Shown in pieces: positions 1 through 10,420 of a stretch of DNA of 64,000 nt. The stretch is from assembly GCA_043228905.1 (NCBI GenBank), contig JBHGNT010000013.1, positions 19,158,001-19,222,000 of the forward strand. The letters run 5' to 3'. Each line of letters begins with the position of its first letter. The stretch's first letter is position 1. The notes beneath the pieces are model-generated. The model was given only the letters and a program-made list of their open reading frames with translations, was not told the DNA's origin and did not search any database. Both the position numbers and the translations under genes were made by a program. This DNA is from Azolla caroliniana (lineage: Eukaryota; Plantae; Polypodiophyta).

Positions 1-3000
1 GCTTCTAGAACGCTTTGATCCGCTTCCCAGCTACCGGTATCGCCATTCTCGTACCGTCGAGTTCCGCCAGATGGTTCGTCCCATTGTCGTTGGCGCTTTG
101 TACCACGTAAGGCCCGAACCACCTTCTTGCGAACTTCCGTGTCGCTCGGTGCTGGTTATCAAGGCTGTTGTCGTAGACTAGCACCTAGTTGCCTTCCTCG
201 ATCTTCTTCGGTCGGAGCCGGTGCGTTCGGTCGAACCGGGCTTTGTTCCTCATCCTTGCTTCCCGAAGCTTTTCCGCAGCCTGCTCCACGTCCTCCGGTC
301 TTCGCTTGAGCTGTCGTATACGCGCCGCCAGCAGTTCCTCCCGGCTCATCTCGTCTCTCCAGTCCACGGTTGCCCACGAGGAGATCGTACGTTCCATCGG
401 CATGACCGGCTTCTGCCCAATCATGAGTTCTGCCGGCATGAACCCGGTTACCGAACTGTGCGTAGTTCGGTCCGCCCACAACGCGTAAGGCAGCAGCCGC
501 GGCCAGTTCCCGACTTGACCTCCGCATGCCCGAACTAATGCCTTGACGATCGGTCTGTGTCCGCGCTCCACCTTTCCATTCGCCTCCGAATTCTACGCAG
601 TGTTAAGCGAGAGCTTGACTCCTAGTCGGTCGAACAGCTCCTCGGCCTCTTCGGCGTCCAACTCCCCACGATCAGCCACGATCTTCCCGACGCACCCGTA
701 CTGGCATATCACGTCCTTGATCAGGAACCGACACATGACCGCGGTCGATTTGTTCTGAAGGGATCGGCCTTCTACCTGGTTGGTCAGATCTTCCCGAGCC
801 AGGACCAGATACCGCATCTCTCCTACTCCCATTGGCATCGTCACCAGATCTACCATCCATTTGAAGTGGATGGTCGGAGGGTACGTAGGGTGAAGCTCGT
901 CCCGATGTCGGACTATGGAGTGCATCTGATAGCTCTCGCAAGTTGTCACAAACCGATGCACGTCCCGGTACAGTCCCGGCCACCAGTACTTCCCCTTTAT
1001 CTTCTCGAACGTGGCCCACGTTCCACGGTGTCCAGCCCAAGGGCTGTCGTGGTAGGCCGTCAGCAGCTCCTCCTGTTCTTCGTTCATCGCCACCACCCGG
1101 AGCGGGACGTCGTTCCTCTTCTTCGGGTGCTTCCATAAGTATCCGTCCCGGAGAAAGAATCGGTATGCTTTCTTCCAGATCCGGTTGGCCTCGTCCTTCG
1201 TCCATGACGCATCCGGCATCATTGTCCTCAAAAATCCACCGATCTGTAGCCACTCGCCGTCGTACTTGCTCTCGTCGAAGCCGTTAAGTGCCGGAGTGCT
1301 CGCCCCGTCCGTCGTCACGTACGCCGCCTCGAAGAAGTCCACGCCGACTTCTTCGTCCTCCGAAACCATGCCGCCCTCGTCATCAAACCTCGCCCTCGAA
1401 AGCATGTCGGCCATGGCGTTGTCTTTTCCGGGAAATGTGTCGTATTTCCGGGTCCAGGGACTTGATGTACGCTATCCACCTGAGCATCGCCAGGTCCGAT
1501 GTCGCGCATCCGGAAACCATGCCGAGAATCGGCAGGCAATCCGTCTCGATAACCACTTCTGTCCCGATCAGGTAGTCTTTGTCGGCCTTTACTGCCGAAA
1601 CGATACCCCAGAGTTCGCGTTTAACCTGGGCGTACCCTCGATGTCGTTCACTGAGGACCTTCGCGCCGAATCGGATCGGGAACCGAATGCCGTCCCCGTC
1701 TTCTTGGTTGACGACCCATCCGATCCCGGTCGGACTCGTATCCACCGTTATGTATACCGGGGTACCCTTCTCGTAGACAGCCTTCCGGAGCGCCGGTGCT
1801 GCCGCAAGAGCTTCCTTCAGCCTCCGTGTGCTCATCTCGCCACTCGAATTTTCGCCCTTTCTTCAGCAACCCGTATAGCGGCTCCGCAACGTGGGCGTAA
1901 TGCGGGATCCATATGTGGTAGAATGCGCATGCCCCCAGGAACCTCCGAACTTCCGTAACCAAGCTACAGTCGGTCTTCATCGCGGAAATGGCTTCTACCT
2001 TTGCCGGAGACGGCTTCCGGCCATATGGTCCACATAGGATTTCCGATTGCCCGAAGGCCGATTTCTCCCCGGAGAAGGTGAGCCTCGCATCCTCTAGCCT
2101 TTGTAGCACGTTCTCGCAGTCGCCGATGTGTGTTGCCACGAATCGCCGGCATCCGTCCGGCCCGACTGTCTCGTCCTTCTCTTCCACCGGGCACCCTTTG
2201 ATAGGGATGTCGTCTAGAAACGGCATGGTGATGTCCGGGATGCAATCCCTCAGTACCTTGTTCATTGCATTCACCATGTGGGCCATCGAGTTGGTCCCTC
2301 CTTGTGGCAGGGTACACATTCGCACTAGGCCGAGGGGAGTTCGCATCGTCGTAATGTCTCTGCTCTCCACGGCTAGCTGGAACTGGTCGTACCCCGAGTA
2401 CAGATCACCGACCGAGTAAATCGACCTTCCGGCGAAGGCCTCCGTGAACTCGTCTATGGTCGGTCCGATTCCTGCGTTCCGAATGGTCACTCTGTTGACC
2501 GGCTGCGTTTTTCTTTGGTACGGTAAACCATCGGTTCGAGTATGGGGCACTCGACGGTTCGAGAATGCCCATATCTACTTTCTGCCTCAATAGCTCCATC
2601 AACTTCGGGATGTGAGCTCTCGGTACTGGAATCGGCTTGAGATTCCACGGCACATGCGGTACCATGAATATCACCATCGGCTCCACGATCGTCGGGTCTG
2701 CACACCCGATCTCGTCCGGTGAGAATGCGAAGGCTTTCCCGTGCCTTCCGAGCATTCTCCGAAACCGGTCTTCCTCCGCCGGTAGTAGGAACCCGCCCCC
2801 ACCGATTTTGAGCTCCCGGAGCGTCCCGTCGGTGAAGGTGTGTCCTATGCAGGTCGGATCTCGTAAACTGGGGTCCGACGCAACCCCTCTGATCCGGGAC
2901 TCGCTGCCCTCCGGTAAGGGTGCCGCGACTGGCCTTACCTTCCGGTCCACAGTCTTGTACTTTGTGCTAACTCGGGCCGTCCGACCCGACCCGAGCCCCC

Positions 3001-4296
3001 GACTGAAGTTCGCGATGACTTCGTACATCTCTTCGGAACATACCGGTATTGTCCGGTCTTCATTAAGGTCTTCTCTGGCAACCTTCCTCAGCATCCCCAA
3101 GGTATCGTCGAAGGAGACCGCCTCCACGGCTCCGCTGATTTCCTCGTCCGGGCCGAGAACTCCGCACGCTCGAAGTCGCTCCTCCGCCCTTGCCCTTTCT
3201 CGGCCAACGATGCCGACTATCATACACCCTCCGTTGCCGGAGAAGCAGAATTTTGTACCTATCGTACAAGGTTTCTTCGGTTTCGGTTCTATCGTACAGT
3301 TGTGGGGTCTTTCCCGAGTGTCCGGACTATCTCGGCCCCACGCCTTGGCAGCCCTCTCTAAAAATCCTCCCGGTTCTCGCCACCGAGGGATTCGCGGTTT
3401 CTCTCGTGGTTTGGCCGCACCGTCAGAAATTGAACCGAATGGCGCCCGTCCTGGCTTTTGACCCTCGCGTAGGCCGAACCGTTCTCCAGCACCTTGGTCT
3501 CCATTCGCGCCGCCGTGATGTACGGTTCCCCTAATATGACCGGGTGCGAGGACGTCTCCTGTATGAAGAACTGTTGGTCAATCTCGACGTCGCCGATCTT
3601 GACTCGTACGTTCGGGTAGGCCCCGTGCAGTTCCTCGGTGGCGCGCGTCGCCGCCCGTATCTTCCACCCGTGCTTGGTGTTGATCGGCCACTTTCCCTTC
3701 TTATAAAAGTCCATTGACATCAGGTTTATTTCCGAACCGTGGTCCACCAATGCCACCACCGGCTCCTGAACATCTCCGATCTTCACCGGGGTCTCCGTGG
3801 TTGCTCGGGCCCAGTGCGGCCTTGAATAGTGGTTCTCCGCCCACTCATCTTCCAGCGCCATGTCGTCGATGTGCGTCGTCCGCACCTCCACCGGTCTTTC
3901 CGGTTCCGTCTCCGTCGACAGCCTCTTCCGTTTCACCAGGTCTACAATGGAGTCGTGGAACTCCTTCTTGGCGATCCCTAACACCTCTCGCAATGACAAC
4001 TCCACTTTGTTGTCGAGGATCCGTTCTTCTAGGACCTTTCGTAGGTCCGTAGTCCTTTCTATCTCCGTCCCCAGTCGGTATCCGCCCTTCCTGGGGTTAT
4101 CTTGCGAGCTGGACCCGCCGGCATCGTTCCGTCGTTGCCCGAATCAGGTCTCGTACCGTTGTGAGGGCCCGGCCGCTCCGGCTTTCCCCACTCGTTTGTC
4201 TTCTACCAGAGCCTCGTAGTTCCGGCAAGCGGCTTCTACGAAGCCCGTCTTCTCCTCGACCGAATCGCTCCACCCGGTTATTTCCCGGACCCGTCT
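1..4296 (-). pseudogene. Disrupted pol (PR-RT-RH-INT) of E1
   Basis: ORF pieces 3358-4005 (PR), 2405-3223, 1648-2550 (RT), 1383-1835 (RH), 593-1414 and 185-571 (INT) lie in shifting frames with stops and frameshifts. Confidence 0.9.
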
Positions 4297-5484
4297 CTAA
4301 GCGCGGTCCGTTTCATCTTTCCTTAGCCGTGCGCCGGCAAGACCTTCCAGCATTGCCGACCAGAATCCGTCTTTGCCCTCTGTTCGGGCCTCGCTGCCCC
4401 CGACCCGAATTCCGGTCGACGCCGAGTAGTGGATGGCCTCTACGTGTCGGGCCGCTGCCTCTTCCATCAGTCTCTTCATACCTCCTCGCCCGTCGTTTCG
4501 GTTCAGGGCCCTCTTGGTGTCGCCGGCGTGCACCCGGCCTTCCCACAGGTACACCACCCGGTTCCTCAACGCCTCTGCGAAATCGCCGCAGTCCTTCCGA
4601 ATGTGGCTGACCTCGTCGCACCACATGCACCTGTTCCCCGCTGCCGGCCGTCGATCACGAGCCGGTTCGCCGCCTTCCCTTTGAGTTTGGGCGATCTGGA
4701 GATCCTTTATCGCCCGCGTCAACTCCTCCAGCGTTGCTCCTCCGGACGAGCCATTGACAATGCCGGTCGAAGCCGGACCAGTATCGAGCCATTCCCAGGT
4801 TTCTTCCCTTCGCACTTGCGGTGCCGGTTCAAGCCTCCTTGCTGTGACAGAGCCCGCACCGGCCGCCCCGTTGTCAGCCCATTCTCGCCGTTTGTCGAAA
4901 CGGCCACAGACTCTCTTAACCGCAGCCCAGTCGGTTGTCAGCCCGTCTTCGGTTTCCAGCAAGGAGCCGACTTGATCTCTGTCCCGCTCGTCCACCGACT
5001 TGACGAACAATAGGACCCGGCTCGTATCCAGAACGGTTCGATCAAGCGCCGAAAGGCGCGCAAAGCGTTCTTCGAACTCCCGGAGGAGTGCCGACGCGTT
5101 TCTTGCCTTGCCGGGGGACTCCACCCATTCCATGAAGTCCCGTTTCGAAAGCGGGAGCGCGTCGTCCAGCCCGTACTTTTCTAGGAGTCGGCCTTCGAAC
5201 TCCTCCCAGGTACGGCTCTCCGCCCGCACCTCGAGCACCTCCGCATGGATGCTCGGCATCGCCACTCGAGGAAACCCGGCAAGACGCCTCTCTTCCGGAA
5301 TGTCCCGCATCAGCATTTCTGCTCCGTACGACGCCAAATACTTCGTGGCATCCTTTCCGCTGAACCGGCCGATCGTACCGACGACCGCCTCAATGGCTCT
5401 GTCGAGGGCGCCGGTGGCCTCACGTGCACTCAATATCCGATCCACGGCCGAAGCCATGGCCTCTGCAAGATCCGACCCCTTCAT
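4297..5484 (-). CDS. gag of E1 (open to a TAG at 4297 that probably interrupts an originally continuous gag-pol)
   Basis: The ORF has an ATG at 5484, only ~23 nt after the PBS, and a CCHC knuckle. Homologous starts occur in E2 (~6236) and E3 (~17374). Confidence 0.75.
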   Translation of the reverse strand: MKGSDLAEAMASAVDRILSAREATGALDRAIEAVVGTIGRFSGKDATKYLASYGAEMLMRDIPEERRLAGFPRVAMPSIHAEVLEVRAESRTWEEFEGRLLEKYGLDDALPLSKRDFMEWVESPGKARNASALLREFEERFARLSALDRTVLDTSRVLLFVKSVDERDRDQVGSLLETEDGLTTDWAAVKRVCGRFDKRREWADNGAAGAGSVTARRLEPAPQVRREETWEWLDTGPASTGIVNGSSGGATLEELTRAIKDLQIAQTQREGGEPARDRRPAAGNRCMWCDEVSHIRKDCGDFAEALRNRVVYLWEGRVHAGDTKRALNRNDGRGGMKRLMEEAAARHVEAIHYSASTGIRVGGSEARTEGKDGFWSAMLEGLAGARLRKDETDRA

Positions 5485-5507
5485 CTTCTGCTCTTCTGCT
5501 GCCTCCT

Positions 5508-5524
5508 TCACGTCGGGTTCACCA
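5508..5524 (-). promoter_or_regulatory. Primer binding site complementary to the tRNA-Trp 3' end
   Basis: Minus strand reads TGGTGAACCCGACGTGA 3 nt after the LTR end. The plus strand TCACGTCGGGTTCACCA equals the 3' end of plant cytosolic tRNA-Trp(CCA). Confidence 0.9.
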
Positions 5525-5527
5525 AGA

Positions 5528-6164
5528 TGTCGAGGTATTCCTCGCGGATGCGTGGAATGAGGCGGAACCTCGGGGGTCCTGTACCAAAGAGCAAGAGAGG
5601 AAGGGGAAGAAACCCTCTACGTGCGAGCGTAGATCCACAAGGACACGGCCCTTCGACGCAAAGACGCAAGTGGGACAGCGACACAGAAAGACACGAATGT
5701 ATGTATGTATTAACAAAGACAAACAACAAGAACACGAAGACAACAAAACACAAAGTCGGTTACAACCGAACAGGCCGGCGAACAGATGCCGGTACCTGCT
5801 CGTAAACGCACAGAGAGGAAGGAGTAGGTTGGAGGTGCTGCCGGAAGCACTCGGGCATTCCTCAGAGCAGCGCGAGCCTCCCGAAACCTGCACAGAAGGA
5901 AGCTATGGCGTTTGCAAACCAGAGAGAGAGAGAGAAGCCTTCGCACGCAAACCGACAGCACTTCGTCCTCGACACTCCGCGATCCCCTCGCCCCTCCTCG
6001 TCTCCCTCCTTTTATAGGCAAGGAAGGAGCCGTTTCCCCTTTACTTCCTACCTACCGAATCTACCTAGGATCTCCTATGTACAACATAAGGCGCACGTGC
6101 ATGAAGAGTCGGTTCCTACGCTCCGGTGCACCGATTCCGCTTGTGGACGGTTTTCTTCACGACA
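5528..6164 (-). repeat. 5' LTR of E1 (637 bp)
   Basis: It has TG...CA with 5-bp terminal inverted repeats, a TATA-like TATAAAA on the minus strand at ~6010-6016, and an adjacent PBS. Confidence 0.9.
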
Positions 6165-6898
6165 CCATGCCTTCGCGAGCACTTACTATTCGATCAACTG
6201 CTGCCGCCATAGCTTCGGCGAGCTTTGATCCCCTCATCTTCACTCCTCTATCGCCTTGTTTCACGTTGGGTTCACCAAATATGTCACGGTGTTACACTTG
6301 CGCGTAAGGAATAAGGCGGGATCACGGGGATCCTTTACCAAGGAGTGTAGGAAGAGAGAGAGAGAGAGAGAGATGGTTGCAGGCAACCCTCACCGGATGA
6401 ACAAATCGTTTATGCGTACACAGATCAGTCAAATACACGCCCACATAGTGGGGAAAACGCAGTCAAATTACAACGACTGTTTGGATTACAAAATTTCTCG
6501 GTTACAACCGGCTAGCTAGGAATAGACCCGAAAACCCTGCAAAGACTGATTAGAAGGTAGGTAGGTAGATAGAGGAGAGAGAGCTCGGTTCCCAGTCCGA
6601 CACCACTTCGTCCTTCCCAAAAAAAAAAATATCTCATGACTTCTCCCTCCCCCCCTTTTATAGGTCGTCAAAGGGGGGAGGGAACCGTTATACCGTGATA
6701 CATTGTTTTTATTCCCTGTCTCTTCAGTCAGGGATATACTTCGATTCCCAAGACCTTTCAACGCGTGCTTCCCTAGTATGTTCACAACAGCTGATTGTAT
6801 CCTAGTTATGTACAAGTCACAAACACACGCACACGGGGAAGGGCCGGTTCACGCCCATTATTCCTCAATTTGTCCTAGGGACGGTTTTCTCCACAAGA
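6165..6898 (-). mobile_element. Remnant of Trp-primed Gypsy E2: gag N-terminus, PBS (6261-6277) and 5' LTR (6282-~6898)
   Basis: MRGSKLAEAMAAAVDRIVSAREG matches the E1 gag start. PBS is TGGTGAACCCAACGTGA. The LTR end GGACGGTTTTCTCCACAA resembles E1 GGACGGTTTTCTTCACGACA but is eroded. Confidence 0.85.
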
Positions 6899-7044
6899 AC
6901 TTGTGCATACCGAAGTATGCCAAGTGGACACCAAGTCACATGTCAGATCGTAGTTGTCATGATATGGCAAGACTCGAACCCATGACCTTATGCTACATGG
7001 GTCGAGCTCTTACCATTAGACTATGAATTGTAATTTGTAGGATA

Positions 7045-8220
7045 TTATTTTTCTAGCTTGGCATAAAGACCATTCTCGCGGAGTCGCTTTAGTACTAATA
7101 GTACATGAGAATTGTGCTCTTCCTGGGTCTTCGAATAAATCAATAGATCATCCAGATAAATGATCAAACAGATATCCAAGAGGTCTCTGAATATATCATT
7201 TGCCATGTGTTGGAAGACTGCGGGTGCATTGGTTAGTCCAAACGGCATAACAGTATACTCGAAATGCCCATACCGCGTGTGAAAGGCGGTCTTCCACTCA
7301 TCTCCCGGTCGGATCCGCACGAGGTTATACGCTCCTCGTAGGTCGATTTTAGTAAAAAACTTGGCACCATTAACTCGCTCTAAAAGACTTGATATAAGAG
7401 GAAGTGCATACCTATTTCGGATGGTGACTTTATTCAATCCGCGGTAATCAACGACAAGACGAAGTGAGCCATCTTTCTTCTTGACAAAGAAGATGGGTGC
7501 ACCGGCCGGAGATTTCGAATGGCGGATGAACCCGCTTGCCAAGTTCTCCTCTATGTAGGCTCGAAGGACTTCTAACTCGGTGGGTGACAAGTTGTAAATT
7601 GGTCCCCATGGTGGCTCGGTTCCTGGTTGTAAATCGATGGGACAGTCATAGGGACGGTGATGAGGAAGGGTACCGGCTTTTACCTTGTCAAATACATCGG
7701 CATAAGGATGATATTTTGCTGGAAGTTGTACTAAGGAGTCCTTCTTAATAGTGCTGGAAGGATGTACTGATATTGCAAATAGGAACATTGCCTCCTTGAG
7801 TCCTTCTTCGCGTAGTTGATGGAGTGAAATGGTCGAAACTTGGTGAGTTGATTCTTGGGGTGGTTGATATCGGACTTCTCTTGTTCTCCAATCTATGGCT
7901 GGATTATGTAATTCAAACCAAGGTAATCCTAGGACAATGGGATGCTCTGGACTACTAATTATATTAAATGATATTACACACACAAAACTACCTAGGACAA
8001 CCTGAATGGGTTCTGATTCTTCTACAATATTCCCGGAAGCAATGGGACGACCATCAATGACTACTACAGATGCGGGACAAGGAAGTTTTCTTAAGGATAT
8101 CTGAGAAGCTTGGGCAAAATTTCGATCCATGAAACAGGAATTAGCTCCGGAATCTAAAAGTGCTAGAACGGGTACTGGGGGAGTACTTTTAGTACTAACA
8201 ATGACTTGGGCTAGGAACAC
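7045..8220 (-). pseudogene. Inverted protease plus N-terminal RT fragment of the chromovirus
   Basis: Motifs ALLDSGANSCFM, KIDLRGAYNLVRI, MPFGLTNAP and YLDD are present. The fragment is truncated after LYAKLEK. Confidence 0.92.
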
Positions 8221-8228
8221 ATTGCTAA

Positions 8229-9961
8229 CTTGCTTATTTTCAGAACGCTCACGTACTAAATCGACAACAACCTCGGTGGGCGCAATTCCTCACGCGTTTC
8301 GACTTCAAAATCACATATCGACCGGGGAAGCAGCAAGGAAAAGCAGATGCACTATCACGGTGTTCATATCTTGCACCTCGTCTTGGTGATGCAACATTTG
8401 ATAATCAAAAGCAAGTAATCTTGGGACCAACACGATTGCACACGACGCGGATTTTTCACACCCCGATGGATTCACGGATTACCGATGACATACGTGCAAC
8501 CTTGAAGACGGATAGTTTTGCTCAAGACATCCTGGCGCACATTGATACTTCTCGGGCATCCTGTTCTCGATCTCAACAACCAGGTATTGACTACCGAAAA
8601 TTCGAATATCATGATGGTTTGTTATTCTTTAAAAAGCGCGTATATGTCCCCGATTGCTCCAGTCGCCTTCAAATCATCCAACATTGTCATGACACCCATA
8701 CGGCGGGACATTTCGGTAGTACTAAGACGTTGGAGCTAGTGCATCGATCTTTTTGGTGGCCCCACATGCGCCGTTTTGTCGACGACTACGTTCGGACCTG
8801 TGATGCTTGCTGTCGAGCAAAGATGCCACGACACCATCCATATGGCTTGTTGGAACCCTTACCGATTCCAAGTAAGCTGTGGCAGTCTATTTGTCTTGAT
8901 TTTATCATAGATCTACCGGTCTCGAAGGGGTTCGATGCTATCCTAACCGTCGTCGATCGATACACGAAGATAACACATTTTGTGCCGTGTACTAAAGCCA
9001 TCACTAGCGAGGAAACCGCCGCTCTTGTTATGCGTGAGGTATTTCGGCATCATGGCCTCCCAGACAGTATTATCAGTGACCGAGGCCCGCAATTTGTCTC
9101 CAAATTTTGGCAGCATCTCTTCAAGATGCTCAAGGTCTCCTGCAATCTCTCCTCTGGCTACCATCCTCAGACCAACGGGCAGGCGGAACGAACGAACCAA
9201 ACGTTGGAGCAATATCTCTGGTGTTTCCTGAGTTATCAACAGGACGATTGGGCCGAGATTCTCCACTTTGCGGAGTTTGCGTATAATAATGCTATTCACT
9301 CCTCGACTTGGGTCTCCCCATTTTTCGCTTATACCGGTTTCCATCCTCGCTGGTTGGTGATCGACACTCCGAAGCTACCTACCAACCCTCGTGCCGAGGA
9401 TCATTTGGAGAGGCTATGCAAGATCCAGATGGATCTCTCTACTCACCTTCGTCATGCTCAACACACACAAAAGACTTATGCAGATCGTCATCGGATTCCC
9501 TCCTCTTTTGCCATCGGAGATCGAGTATGGCTCTTACGTCGTCACATCAAGACTACTCAACCATGCGACAAGTTGGATTATCGACGACTCGGTCCCTTCC
9601 GTATTACGGGTAAGATTAATGATGTCATGATATCACCTTCCGCCTTGATCTCCCTCCGCAGCTTCAGATACATCCGGTTTTCCATTGTTCTCTTCTTGAA
9701 CCTTATAAAGAAAACACCATTCCCGATCGTGTGACACCACCACCGCCCCCACTGGAGTTGGATGCCGGCCCGGAGTATGAAGTTGCTGCCATCCTCGATT
9801 CCAAACTTGTTCGCAACAAACTTTATTACTTGGTCGATTGGCTCGGTTATAGTCCGAGCGAACGTACTTGGGAACCCGTCGAGCATGTTGCCAATGCACA
9901 AGATCTTCTTGCTGATTTCCACCGAAAGTATCCGGACAAACCCGGTCCGCAATTAGCGTAG
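8229..9961 (+). pseudogene. RNase H C-terminus, integrase and group I-type chromodomain of the chromovirus
   Basis: LAYFQNAHVLNRQQPRWAQFL...KADALSR at 8229-8360; HHCC, SDRG and GQAERTN in 8421-9734; EYEVAAILDSK..YYLVDWLGY..RTWEP at 9731-9961 after a frameshift. Confidence 0.92.
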
Positions 9962-9996
9962 ACTCGTTCCACTCGTCGTCTTTAAGGGGGAGATAG

Positions 9997-10420
9997 TGTC
10001 ATGATATGGCAAGACTCGAACCCATGACCTTATGCTACATGAGTCGAGCTCTTACCATTAGACTATGAATTGTAATTTGTAGGATATTATTTTTATTTAT
10101 GCTTTATCATAGAAAATTGATGTATATTCCAGATCTCTCTAGAACATTCTAGAAGCTTCAAGATTATTCCTAAAAACACTATAAAAGGAGGCACAAGGCA
10201 TTGTTTTGAACCAAATTGGTTCAACACCAGTCTTAAGCCTCTTAGCCGATTTGTACTTATCTTTCATATAATATAAGAGCTGTTGTCATCATCCTATCTC
10301 TCTCTCTCCTCTTCTCACTTCCTCTCTCTCGGGAATCTTACACAGTCCCGTCCTCTTAGTACTAATAGTATTGTTCTTCTTAGTACTAATTCCATCTTTG
10401 CTTTAGTACTATTCCTGACA
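9997..10420 (+). repeat. 3' LTR of the chromovirus (424 bp)
   Basis: It follows the PPT, has TG...CA termini and TATAAAA at ~10180. The first ~96 bp are duplicated at 6955. Confidence 0.92.

Larger units (their letters stand above)
1..6164 (-). mobile_element. Ty3/Gypsy LTR retrotransposon E1 (tRNA-Trp primed, non-chromovirus); 3' end lies outside the window; inserted into the gag start of related element E2
   Basis: Minus-strand order is 5'LTR (5528-6164, termini TGTCG...CGACA), PBS, gag (CMWCDEVSHIRKDC zinc knuckle), protease (ALVDHGSEINLM), RT (GDLYSGYDQ, PFLDD), RNase H (TVDTSPTG, ETDC) and integrase (H-H-C zinc finger, ADRGE, GKVERGH). This is the Gypsy domain order. Confidence 0.95.
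6955..10420 (+). mobile_element. Tcn1-like chromovirus (Ty3/Gypsy) with truncated 5' LTR and inverted PR-RT segment
   Basis: Termini are TGTCA...TGACA with a 5-bp TSD GTAGT/ATAGT. The 5' LTR fragment 6955-~7052 equals the start of the 3' LTR 9997-10420. PPT AAGGGGGAGATAG lies at 9984-9996. INT and chromodomain are on +, PR and RT on -. The Tcn1 assignment is by motif resemblance. Confidence 0.9.

Noticed and set aside
127-6307. Many overlapping plus-strand and alternative-frame ORFs
   Set aside because: They are shadow ORFs of GC-rich gag-pol sequence with no recognisable domains.
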